Origin: Podarcis filfolensis
Taxonomy: Eukaryota
Strand: one strand, 5' to 3'
Assembly: GCA_964270895.1 (NCBI GenBank)
Contig: OZ185435.1
DNA length: 64,000 nt
A program made the translations under genes and the position numbers. Below are positions 46,717-58,949 of the stretch, piece by piece (position 1 is the stretch's first letter; every line of letters starts with the position of its first letter). A model generated the notes under the pieces. The model did no database searches and was not told the origin of the DNA. It saw only the letters and a list, made by a program, of their open reading frames with translations.

Positions 46717-48134
46717 TATGTCAATGCTGGTATAGTGAAGGAAATTTACAATACGTATTAAAAGCATTAGAGAGGTTTTTCTTCATGAGTGTTGTACTAA
46801 AGGTACAAATGCTCCTGTTAAATATTTTAAAATCATTTCCTCCTTTAGGAAGAAGAGAAGATATATAATAAAAATAAAGCAAATAAGGGGAGCCGTTTGA
46901 CCCTATAGAAACTGAGATACTGCAACCTCAGTGCCTGTTAGTTTCCAACTGTTTCTGTTTTCAGGCACTTCCAGTAGCAACTTGTGACGGAGAATAGCCT
47001 CATTTTGCATCAAACTGGACATTGCAGCTATTAGTATGTTGCTACTTCTGCTAGCTTAAATGTTATCCTAAAAATGATTTATTTTATCTCAGCCTTATTT
47101 TTACTAGACTATATTGCATGCTGTGTGTTGTGAAATGCCTCTGTAAAATTTGTGTTCCACTGATTCCTTTAACACTTTTATTGTGTGATGCTGCTTCCAG
47201 TACTTCCCAAAGGCATCACCTTTTATATTGGGTTTCTTTCCTGTACTGCTGCTGAGCTTGCATTCCGACTTGAGCAATCCAGCTATGGGGTTAGAGCTTT
47301 TCTAAACCTAAAATGCCAAAACACACAAGTTTACCGTAAGGTTTTGCTGTTCCTGCAGTTTCCAGGTGAATGGTGCAATTGTTTGATTTTTCCAAAGAGC
47401 ACACTTAGTTGTTCAAGCCCTGGCAGGTTGTGTCATCTTCTCTTACCCAGCAGCCTAACAGGAAAGTGGCTATTTAGTCAGGCTGTGGGTTTTTCTGCAT
47501 GTAATAGCTAAAGTGCTAAGCAAATGGTTTATAGAGTCCAAGAAACTGATGTGAAGAATTCCGTTTTTAAATCCTACATCCATGCTTTTAGAAAGATAAT
47601 TATTGGGGTGGTATTAAACATACTCAAGGGTAATCCTCCCACTGGAAGCTTTCTAGCTAGAATACGACTGTGTATTAAAAGTAATTGTCATGGTGGAAAT
47701 GAGTAAATGCAATGCTCCTCACAAAATGTCTGTTCCCTGTTCTTCTGTGTCTTACCCAGCTTGGACTGTGATGCCTTAGCAAGTAAATTCCTGTTGGTAT
47801 TGGCAGCATTTGCAGCAAATGTTACAATTTGAGCTTGTATAAACGCTTAATAACTTCTGCAAGTGGGAATATGCACTGTGCTTGACAAACCTGTTATGAG
47901 AACAGGAATTAAATCTTCTTGCTAGGCAGAGATTTCAGCTTGAAGACAAAGAATTCTCTGGTAACGCTGTGCATGTGGAAGCTGGCGAAGAAGGATGGCT
48001 TACTAACATACTGTTTTGTGCCTCTTGTAAATATTTTCTCTTCATTATTTTCCTTTGCATTTATCGTGCCTCAGCAAAACGCTGAGTGTTTTAGAGCAGC
48101 CATTTCCCACAGTGCTGCTGGGTGCATCTGTGGA

Positions 48135-48263
48135 CATAGAATCATAGAATTGTAGAGTTGAAGGGACCCTGAGAATCATCTAGTGCAACCCCCTGCAATG
48201 CAGGAATACGCAGCTGTCCCATATGGGGATCGAACCTGCAACCTTGACATTATCAGCACCATG
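48135..48263 (-). mobile_element. tRNA-head/CR1-tail SINE
   Basis: Minus strand reads catggtgctgataatgtcaaggttgcaggttcgatcccc...ccttcaactctacaattctatgattctatg. Confidence 0.8.
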
Positions 48264-50086
48264 TGTATGGGGCTAGAAACATTTGGTTTGTTTTTATTTT
48301 AGGCAGCTGCTGGCAGCCTAAAAATGTGTGTGCGGTGGCATTAATCACACTTCTTTTCATGTTCCGCCTGGTTGTCTTAGTGCTATTTATTTTAATCCTG
48401 TGCATTTCTTGCCACATTTGCTATCACACATAACAAAGTTAAACACCGAAGCAATGAGTAAGGCTGTTCACAAAAGGGCACACTTGCCTGCCACTTGAAA
48501 CGATAACAGCGGGACACTTATTAGCAAGCACATTTGAGAAAGTACACTGGCTTTCCAATTCAAAGTATAATATTGCAATGGCAATAACGCTCCTTGTGAG
48601 CTCTGTCAAGACATTTCAGAAACATTGCAGAACTCGTGCTATTTTAATGTAGTACAAAATCTTTGAAAAAGAGCCTTCAGGTGACTACCACGAAAGGTTT
48701 AGAGATACTGGATTTCTATTATAATGACAAAATAACATATGACCTACAAGCCTGCCTGAGAGTTGCCACCCTTTCTATATGACAATTCAGAAAAATACAA
48801 ATTACCCAAGGTGTGTAAGCTGCTGGGTCAAAGAACTCCTTTCAGAGCCTGACCTTGGAATTCTAAAATTCATAATAGCATGAATTCTTTTCAAACTGCA
48901 TTCAAAACTAATTCCCACTAAGAAATCAAAGGTGATGCCTTTTCCTGTTAAAATTATCTCTAATGAGCCCGGGGCTCAGGTTTGATGGTTAAATTTCACA
49001 TATCTCCTACTGGGCGAGATACTTGCAGCATATGCTATCCTATACAATACATTAGAAATACAGTTCTGTTGTGTTCAGTGGGCCTTTGGCTGGGATCTCA
49101 TACACACTTCCCTGGGTGTAAGGCCCATTCAGCACAATGAGACTCACTTCTAAGTAGAAATAGGATTGCACTGTTACGCTGACAAGTCTCCCAATTGACA
49201 TTCACTCCTTTGGCAGCTGGTTCTTCAAGGGGGGAAACCAAAATATGGGCATCCTATCCCATTCTGCTAGTAGTGTAATTTTATAGTGTAATTGTAAAAC
49301 CAGTGTGAGCCATCACAGCAATGTTCATTTTCTGTCATAGCACAACCTCTTTTAATGTGCTGCAAGATTGATTAGTTTCTCTCTGAAACGTAACAAAATA
49401 TGGGCTGAATGGGGGCCTTGTGCTACCCTTGTTCTTACAGTGAGGTTGCTAAAACCTCTGTTGCCCATAAGAGCAATATTTTCGGTCAACATTTCCACCT
49501 GCTGGAAAGCTGGGGCTCCCCTGTACCAAAATTAACACAATTCCCTAGATATACTGAGTAAATGGGGTCATATGAATCAATCCTGAGTAGCAAATGTTTT
49601 ATTTATTTTTCTGATGGCAGCTTCCTATTGTGATAAAACATTGCATTCTTTTTCATTGTCTTTATTATGAGCACTGTCCTGCTTTATGGTATGGCAGTAT
49701 AGAAATAGTAGTATAAATACAACTGAGGTGCAGCGCTGGGTACCAAATAATTTGAATGTAGGTAATCTTCTACACTGAAGTAACAGGTAGCCCCTTAAGG
49801 GGCCGGGAGAAGGTAAAAAGGGGAGGTATACGTATCACCTATACTTTGACCCTTGTTCAGCCTCTCTGTGCTGTTTCAGGTGCTCTTGAACAATGGACAT
49901 TGACTCTTCATCTGGAGCTCATTTATCCTGGTGACTGTGGGACCATGTCTACTCTCCACTATCTATAGATGGACAAGAACCCTCGCAGCAGTTCATCCAC
50001 TTTGTTGGTCTCCTTTGCACCCCAGGCACTGTGGTGTGTATTGTCAAGGTTGGTTTTTCATTCTCATACAGAATAAAAAAAGGTTA

Positions 50087-50285
50087 CAGTGGTACCTTGG
50101 AAGTTGAACGGAATCCATTCCGGAAGTCTGTTTGACTTCCAAAACGTTTGGAAACCAAGGTGTGGCTTCCAATTGGCTGAAGGAAGCTTCCAAAGAACGT
50201 TCGCAAACCAGAACACTCACTTCTGTGTTTGTGGTGTTCGGGAGCCAAAACGTTCAACTTGCAAGGCGTTCAGCATCCAAGGTAT
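50087..50285. mobile_element. Tc1/mariner-type MITE, same family as 46466-46716, opposite orientation
   Basis: TA|CAGTGGTACCTTGG start; internal ccagaacactcacttctg / gtgtggcttc shared in reverse; right TIR decayed. Confidence 0.8.
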
Positions 50286-53200
50286 TTGGTGTTATGCTAT
50301 AGAGATGGGATGGGGATGAGCTTTTTCACTGCTTGCTGGAGCTCTCAGTTCTAGGAACACATATTCTTTTTGCTTGAATAATACTAGAGGCCTGCTGTGA
50401 TCAGTGATCAGATTGAATATGCATGATAACATATGTGCCATTTTAGAAAGAATGGCAACTACAGGCTGTTCCTTTCTTTTTTGCCCTCTGGGGCTGTGGT
50501 GATCAAAGAGTTAACTCTGACCCTCCCCTGTACTGGCCTGGCTATTGTGCATCCCTTGCACAAAAGCCTTTCAGCTGCAAATTCCATTCTTGACTGGATG
50601 CAGCTGTTGGCCTCTGGGCTGCCTCTCTTGGGATGCAAGATGTAGAAGCCCTGGTCAAGCATGGGGACCTGCAAGGATCTGGTGCTTGTCCCTTTTAGGT
50701 GTGGAAAGTGTGTGATTTGTGCAGCTGTCTGCTGCATGCAATGTGAATAATTCATTTCTCCTTCTCTTTGCTGTTGCCTGTTCTTCTTAGGTGCCTCCTT
50801 ACCTCTCATTAGCGCAGGGCCTGGTATGTCAGCTGGAGGCAGGCTTGGTTTTTCCTGAGCCTTGATGGGATTTGTCAAGACCTTTTCCCTTTTCTTCCTG
50901 TTTATTGAACTTTGAAATAAAAGGGATGGCAAGAAGAAAGGAGCGTAAGAGCTGGATTGACCCTGGGAGAGAGAGATGTTGAAGACATTCTGATCCCCCT
51001 ATTATTCCACAAGAGCTAAAGTGGGGGAAGTGGTCAAAATTGGTGGCAAAACTCTTTCCTTTCGGAAGGCAAGGCCTCTGCTCTGGAACTGGGTGACATG
51101 GGTGGTTTTTTTTAAGGTTTCGCCTGGATTTTCTGTAATGCTTGTGAAAACTGCTGAGTGATGCTCTGATTCTGACCTTGTGGACTCAAAGTTGTCTTGA
51201 GGCACAGACTACTGTAATTATTTCTGGCAAGAGCTAGAAATGTGGAGTACTAAGAGCAGTGTGTTTTTTTACTGACAGGGGAAAGGGAACAAAGTGCGAA
51301 GCCCCTAATGGATTTTGAATTGCCACTATTTTCATTACTTCATTTGAATGGGTGTTGGTGCCCTTTCTTGCCTGTAACATAAAAGCCCTCCTGTCCTTTT
51401 CAGCTAGGCACAGAGTCCTTATGTCTGCCACTGAGGATTATTCTACACAGAACTCAGTAAGAGATCTCTTTCCCTCACCAACAATTTGCCTTCTTGTGCA
51501 GCACACCTTCACCTCAGGAATCTCAGTTAGCACAGCAGTGCAGGTGAATTGTTATCACAGAAGGCAACTTGGCTTACACACAAAGCAGAGCCTGGGGGAC
51601 TCTGCAGACCTCCCTCCACTGCTGTCTGATCAGATCTTTCCCCCATTCTAATTCAGCCCCACCTTTCATTCCAAACATATTCTGCATGGGAAATGGGGGT
51701 CGAGGAAGGCAGTGTTAAAAGGGAGTTTTTAAATGGCAGTTGGTGGGCTTTTTATTTTTATTCTCTGCTAGGGAACATTAGGAAACCATAACAGCATATT
51801 TAGAAGTAGGATGACCTGTCCAAAATCTTTTCAGCGCCTCCACTAAAATAATTGGCATTTTAAGTGTGTCACACTGTACTTCTTGTGTTTCCTAGTCATT
51901 TGATTCCACTGTATTTTTCTCTGCATGGGCTATCTGAGGATAACACTTCATGTGTTAAATAGACTTTACACCATGAAAGGTGTGTGTTTTTTGGTGGGGG
52001 GGATCACCATGAATCTGTTAGTCTTTAAGGTGCCACAAGACTTTGTAATGGTTTAATTTACAGAGCTTTTAAAAGTGCTTAATGAGCATTTATGCTTTTA
52101 GTGCCCTATTTGGACCTCCATATTCTCCTATTCTTGGAGAGCAGAATACTCATGTGTCCAGGGCAAAATAGATGCAAAAAGAGTTTTAACTAGCCTTGAA
52201 AGATCTGTCTCCACGTAATCCTTTCCAAGCACCTAGTTCTCTAAATATTAGAAATCTAATGTCAACCATGCTATCAAAGGTTTTAATAGAGCCATTCAAA
52301 ATGCACATTCCTGGCTGGGGCTAAAGGAATTTTTTGTGGAAGTATTAGGAACCTTCTGCTCTTATGGAAGTTAAATATTTCCCAACAGGTAGAATGAAAA
52401 AATGGGACCATCTTGGATGAAAGAATAGTAAATGCTGTTGCTTGTTAAACAGATGAGTCTAGTGTGTTATAATAGTGTGTTATAATAGTGGTGTGTTATA
52501 TTACTAGTCCAGATCCTGCATGTCATAGTCCCGGTATTGAAGGCAAATATCAGCAAGCTCATTGTGGTGCTCATTTCCCAATTTTTTGTGCATTTGGTGT
52601 AGATAAAAAGCAAGAAGAATGCTGACCTCTCACTCTTCATAAGTGTGCGTTCTCCCTATCAAAAGAAACTGCTAGAAAGAATGCACACAGATTGAGGAAG
52701 TGTGTCTTAAATGAACCTGCAGAGGATGACTGTTTACGAAGCAATTTATATATCACCCATCCCACACTCAGGGCATCTAACAGCAATGACAATAATAGAA
52801 CGTTTATATGCAACAGAAACAAACTCTTACAAAATGCCGTTTCACCTAATAAAATGCAGCAAAGAATAAGAGCTTGCTGACAAAACAACAACCCAAGTGT
52901 AATCTCATTTATTTGGACTTCTTTTTTTTATAATTCATCCTTTAGAGCACAAGGGCAATTCGCTTACCGTTCACAAGTCTCAATTTCAGTAAAGAATCTC
53001 TCTTCATGGAGAACCTTGCATTAGTTGACCACACAGAGGGACGTCCGTTTACTAGTTGGCAGTTCAGTCCTTTTATGCATTTAGAAGTGCTGTGTTCAAT
53101 GGGACTTGTGCCTAGGAAGCTCTGTGTGGGATTGTACCCTTGATCATGTGAGACCTATACAGTTACAGGCCAGATAAGGCCCACGCAGACCTTGGGGCTA

Positions 53201-53806
53201 CTGATCAGTATGAGGGGGCACTGGAGCGCTTTCCTTTTTATAGAGAGCTTTCTGTTTCAAATCTCATTGAAGGAAGAAGAGATTCTCCTCCTCACCATGG
53301 GTTTGTTTCCCCATTTGTTTCACAGCCTAACCTCTGGGCTTGACAGTCCAGTCGGGAATAAATCATCTCAGCAGGTTGTAAAATGCATAGGCCACTCAGT
53401 TGTGGTTTGTGATTCCATCAACACTTCATTTGGATTTATGATCTTCTTTGCTTTCTGCTATTAATTCCCCACTCCTCCATTCTCTCTATTTCTTGTTCAG
53501 CAACATGCCCCTGTGTGTGTCTGTGAGGACTGTCCAACGTCAGGGAATGAGCTCTTTGTGCTGCAAGCAGGGATAAATTGGAAGAGTTTCTTTCTGGCAT
53601 ACTGTCTCCCCCATGCACAAAGACCTCCATCCCACCGTACTACAAAAGTTGCAATTTCACGCATGTGGATCATGGTACGTGCAACTGGGAGATACCGGAG
53701 AATCTTGTATTTTCCTCCCAGCTCTAATTGGGTTTGTGTAGATATAGGTAGAAATAGGAAGGAATAGAATGCAAAAGAATTGCAATGTAAAGCAACAGAG
53801 TCTGTG

Positions 53807-53964
53807 TACACACCATACATTCAAAGCACATTTCCGCACCGCAAAGAATCCAGGGAACTGTAGCTTACTCCCTCACAGAGCTACAGTTCCCAGAATCCTT
53901 AAGCTACAGTTCCCAGGATTCTTTGGGGTAGAGTTTTTTACATGTGCCTTAAATTTATGGTGTT
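53807..53964. mobile_element. Palindromic MITE
   Basis: acaccatacattcaaagcacat...gggaactgtagc/gctacagttccc...atgtgccttaaatttatggtgt. Confidence 0.75.
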
Positions 53965-54848
53965 TGGGTTGCCATTGGGTTGTTAAATTCCTCCTTTCCT
54001 TTGTGGATTGGGGTCATATTGCCCTAATCATATGCATCTGCTGCCCCAACTTGCACACACCACTCTAACACTGCCATTAAGCTTCTCCTTGCCAACAACC
54101 CCCTTGGAAAAAAAACAACAGCACCCCATCAACTTTTGCAAAAACTCAAATGCTATGCTGAGAACAATGCAATAGAATGAGGAAGCCTGTGAAAAATTGT
54201 AACATTTTTATTATGAATATGGAGTGAGTCTTAGTCCACTTGTGGACTGCTTGGCACTGTGAACTATTCTTATTATTCTTTTAAATTCATATTCTGCTTT
54301 GACTAAAGTCCTCAAGGTGGTTTACAATTTAAAAATCTGATAAACCATCCATGGATGCATTCAAATGTAAGTAAGCAAACAATAAACAATGAAATTCATT
54401 AATGCAATACTTTATTTTAAATACATTAAAATAAATATATATATATTAAATCGGTCGATGTCATAACCTGTTAAAATCTATTTGCTCTTCCTTTCTTACT
54501 AACCAGACACTGCAGAACTCAGTGGGTTCTTTTAAAAAAGGTTGTAGATTCTTAGTTGCAATACTTGTCACTGTTTGTCCCATGCACTAAGATAATTCTT
54601 CATCTGATACTTTGCTATATCTTGCTTCTAGCAGGAAATGTGATTATTAGTGGCTCTTTTGTCAGAGCTACAGATCTCTTTTGGATAGAGGTGCAATAGA
54701 AATACAACTCTGCTTCTCCAGACACATATTTAAAATAGGATGTTGTATAACTTCGTCTCAGCTACTACTGTACTAAGCATTTTCATTGTGAATCTCTTTA
54801 TCACTGATTCCAGGGATGTTTCTTATGGTAGGATTAACTTGTCTAATC

Positions 54849-55154
54849 CAGAGCTGGGGAGCCTTTTTCAGGCTGTGGGCTACTTGAGCAGCCTTCTGAA
54901 GGCGAACTGCCAATAGAGGGTGGAGCCAGAGCAAAAAGTGGGCAAAACAAATGTGCAGATTTTACCTTCGTGCAGTAGGCTAGTGTCTACGTACACTCTC
55001 TGTCCCTCATCTAGGCAAGTAAGAGGCATTAGCAGCGTTCAATGGCAATTCTAGCTGGGCAGAAACACCCAATAACTTCATGAGGGCCAGGTGTAGCCTG
55101 ATACGGAGTCCTGGAGGGCCACATTTGGTTCCTAGCCTGAGGTTTCCCATCCTG
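54849..55154. mobile_element. hAT (Charlie-type) MITE
   Basis: Ends cagagctggggagcct / aggtttcccatcctg; 8-bp TSD GTCTAATC/GCCTAATC. Confidence 0.75.
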
Positions 55155-56899
55155 GCCTAATCCCCTCAAGCACAATTTATTTTTATTTATTTCATAAAAA
55201 TTTTATACCAGTTGATTGGGGGCAGGGAGGAAAACCCCTGCGCCTCTTTCTCAATATACTGTTGAGAAAGTGCCATGGGCTGAGAGTGGATCTCATGGTG
55301 CTACTATAAAGAGTGCATACCTCTGTTCAGGATCAGGAATTTTGAAGCTTAAAATTTTAAACCACACCTCCTGCAACCCAGTCTCTACCAAGCAGTTCTG
55401 CTCTTTGTTCCAGTTTTCTGGCATGGAAGCCACGCTCGGTCTAGCAGGACCCAGGTTTTGCAAATCCTCTCCCCTGCTCACTTGCAGTGCCTACCCCTAT
55501 ATATAGTGTGCATATCTGTCACTGTCGGTGAAACAGCCAATGGTCTTGGCCAGCAAAGTACTGGAGAGCTATGCAGATAGCTTTAACCACCTTGCCTCAT
55601 GTCCAATCATAGAGATTTCCCTATTTTTAGTGTGGTTGCTTCTCCTTAGGCAGACAGGAGACTTGTGTATTGCTACTGTTACTACAGTGCCAGAAATAAC
55701 TCCGCCTAAAGAGGACACTGGGTGGGCAGCTGGCATTGTGTATTCATGCCAGTCCATTTGCAAATATGTGAACGCCAACTGTGGCTGTTATCCATCTTTT
55801 GTCTCACGTATCATGATGTCAGTTATATCTTTTAACAATTTGGGATTCTGTGGGCAGGTTAAATTCCAAGGTGATTTCCAGTATTATATTTTCGGGAGCA
55901 GTCACCAGTTCTGGTTGTTACGAACCATTGTTTGTGCCCTTCAAACCACAGCACTAAATGTGTGCATAATTTCCACCCGGAGTGGCGTTTTGGAATGTTG
56001 TTGGTGTGCTGCGTAATTGCAAGGCACAAAGTTAGCCTCTGCATATTCTGAGCTATTTGAGGTCATGAGAATGCATATTCTAGGTGCTCTCCCCCTGCAG
56101 GAAGAATGATTATGGTGTGAGTAAGCACAGAAGCTGAATGTGGGAGGAGTCATTTATTGAGGAGGTCTACATGACAGAAAGTGTTTTAGAGACAGGGGTG
56201 CAAGTTACAGGTAGACTTGCAGAATCTCAGTACTGATTGTTCTTTTCATTCTCTAAGAGTACGGAAGTAGAAGGAACTGCCCTTGTGGAACGTATCCCAT
56301 TACAGCACTGCAAATTAATGGGAGGAACTGCAATCCTCTCCAGGCAGCACAAGGTAAAATGGCATGGGAACCCAGCCAACCATGATGTCCCAAGATGAAT
56401 GTGGGAAGGGAAATGATAGACTTTCAGCAGTTGGGGGCAAGGCCAGGTATAGAAAAGCTAAAGTCTACATCGCCTTTCCTTAGACAACATTTATTTAGAC
56501 CCAGTGTGGTTCACATGTGATTATTTAAAATAAGTGGTTTCTAGATGTCATGAATGTAGTCTAAGCGTTCCATGTGCCCTGCAAATATGTCTAAGAAGCG
56601 AAGGTTGCTTGGTGCTCAAAGCAGAAATTATGCCTGTCTCTTTAAGGGAGGATCTAAAAGAGAAAGCAGCTGCTGTGCCGCCCTCCCCCTGTTTTTTCCA
56701 CTAGTTACTCACTTGGCCAACCTTCTTGCCTTGCCTTGGAGGGATGAAGGTGAAGGGAACTGGTAGGCTTCCTGCCTCCACCTACTGCTTCTAGTTGAGA
56801 AGCTGGCACCTGTAGATGTCAGTAGCAATCGTCCTGCTATTTTAAGCTTACAAAAAATATAGGAGTCAAAATTAGTCAAAATGTGTTGCTTTTAACTAC

Positions 56900-57325
56900 T
56901 CTGCTGTTTATGGAGAAGAAGGCTATCAATAGTTACCAGGCATAATATCAGCTCCAATGTCAGAGGCAGTATGCCTCTGATTACCAGTTGTTGGGGAACA
57001 TGAGCGGGAGAGGAGTATTACTCTCATGTCCTGCTTGCAAGCTTCCCACAGGATTAAAAAGGTAAAGGGACCCCTGACCAGTCACGGACGACTCTGGGGT
57101 TGCGTCGCTCATCTCGCTTTATTGGCCAAGGGAGCCGGCGTACAGCTTCTGGGTCATGTGGCCAGCATGACTAAGCCGCTTCTGGCGAACCAGAGCAGCG
57201 CATGGAAACACCGTTTACCTTCCCGCTGGAGCAGTCCCACAGGCATTGGTTGACCACTATGACAACAGAATGCTGGACTAGATGGGCCTTTGCTCTGATC
57301 CAGCAGGGCTCATCTTGTATTCCTA
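56900..57325 (+). mobile_element. CR1-type LINE 3' UTR fragment interrupted by a SINE
   Basis: gaggcagtatgcctctga...gcttcccacagg [insert] cattggttgaccact...ggactagatgggcctttgctctgatccagcaggg. Confidence 0.65.
57053..57234 (-). mobile_element. 5'-truncated Sauria SINE with 9-bp TSD
   Basis: aaaggtaaagggacccc tail; TSD TCCCACAGG at 57044-57052 and 57235-57243. Confidence 0.88.
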
Positions 57326-57673
57326 GCTTTAGCACAATAGACTTGAACTGTAAAAGCAAATTCTGGCCCTCCCCCAATTGATGGAATACTTCAATTTTTG
57401 GTACTGGCAGTGGTGTGAATTTAGGCATGAGATATGTGCCCTGATCCTGTTAGTTTATAGGGAAGGTTTTCTGGATGGTGTTGTGCTGCTGCATGATTTC
57501 TGTGCCTCAGTTTTCCAATAAGCGTTCACTTTGTATAGTATTGAACAGTGAAGAGCAAAAGGCAGCCTTCCAAGACATGGCTGGCTCTGTAATTTGGTGT
57601 GGATAAACAAAACACTTTCAGAATATGAAAAAAAAATGCTCCAAAACTGATCTGGGGGTGTGTGTTTCTGTGT

Positions 57674-57697
57674 GTACACACACACACACACACACAC
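57674..57697. repeat. (CA)n microsatellite
   Basis: About 11 CA units. Confidence 0.9.
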
Positions 57698-58501
57698 CAC
57701 CTAAGTAGCATAATATCAATAACAAATAGAGATTTGAGGTGTTTTTTTAAGGCTACCTGCCTTTTGTGGCTGCATGCTATAAAGACCCCATGAAGTGAAG
57801 TGAGGGGCTGTAGAGCAGCAAAAACAGTCACATGCTGTGAACAGTTTCATCTACATCCTTCTAATAGTAAGTTGGTAACAATGTATGCCATTATTGGGAA
57901 GCTCCTCATCTTGTTGCTGCCAATGTTTGCCCAGTGCAAGCAAGAAGCTGCTGAGGAAGGATAGATTCCAGCCAGGAATAACAAAAGGAGCCAATTAATA
58001 TGGTGAGGTTTGAGAAGGATTTTCTCTTGGGACAAAAGGATTCCTTAGAACTGAAGGTGCAGGGGTTGGGAGACTTCTGGTCCCTTGATTTCCCTCTTCC
58101 TTGTGTGATTTATGCCAGCCTACTATTTTGTCTGGCACAAGAGAGGATCATAGGGGAAGTAAAAAATCTAACCTGTCACAGAAAGGTCTTGTCTTACATT
58201 TCCTAAGGGTTGTTTCTGCCTTTGAGTTAACTTAGCACAGGTCCTGACATAGACAGCAATATTCCAAAACGTGGTGGTAATGGATAGGAGCAAAAGTACT
58301 TGTTAATGTGCAAAAGCTCTGTGTGCGCGTGCGTATGTGGTGCTTTGCTTCACTTTGCAAGTATACATGGGAGAGCACATTTCTGTGTCCTAAAAAAGTT
58401 GGCCAAGGGGTTTTCGTCTGTCAGTCATATTCATGATTTTGCAGCTACTGCACTAAATTATGTGCCTATGGATGCATGTGTAAACCATCATATTACTATG
58501 C

Positions 58502-58504
<3 letters not shown>

Positions 58505-58538
<34 letters not shown>

Positions 58539-58568
58539 CGCGTGTGTGCGTGCACGCGCACGCGCACG
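58505..58568. repeat. 64-bp perfect alternating pyrimidine-purine tract
   Basis: (TG)n followed by CG/TG/CA dinucleotides, no interruption. Confidence 0.95.
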
Positions 58569-58949
58569 GGTGTCTTCAGATCTCTAATGTGTGGCTCCAG
58601 CAGAGCTGCACACTTAATGACCTTTCCGTAAAAGCATTCTCCACCCTCTCGCTCTTGTTGCGTTCCTTGGAGAGGGGAAACTCAGAAATGGCCTGTCCTG
58701 TAGAAGTCATGCATTCCACAAAAGAAACTTTGTCCATCTTCTCCCCGCCTCTACCCACAACATACAAAAACTGTTTGACTAGAAGATACATTTTACCACT
58801 TGTAGTATCTTCCCTCTGATTGTTCACACCCTCGGCTAGGGCCAGGCCTGTACCCTTCTTCTATGCATGTTTGTTGGGAATGTGACAACTGGAAAGGAGT
58901 TATTAGTTTATTTGTACAATGAACACCCCACCTCCCTTTAGAGCCCTTA

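Noticed and set aside
46446-50319. Two similar short ORFs suggesting a duplicated gene
   Set aside because: They are translations of two copies of the same MITE.
55528-56016. 162-aa ORF
   Set aside because: GTG start, no recognisable domain or splice context; length within chance expectation.
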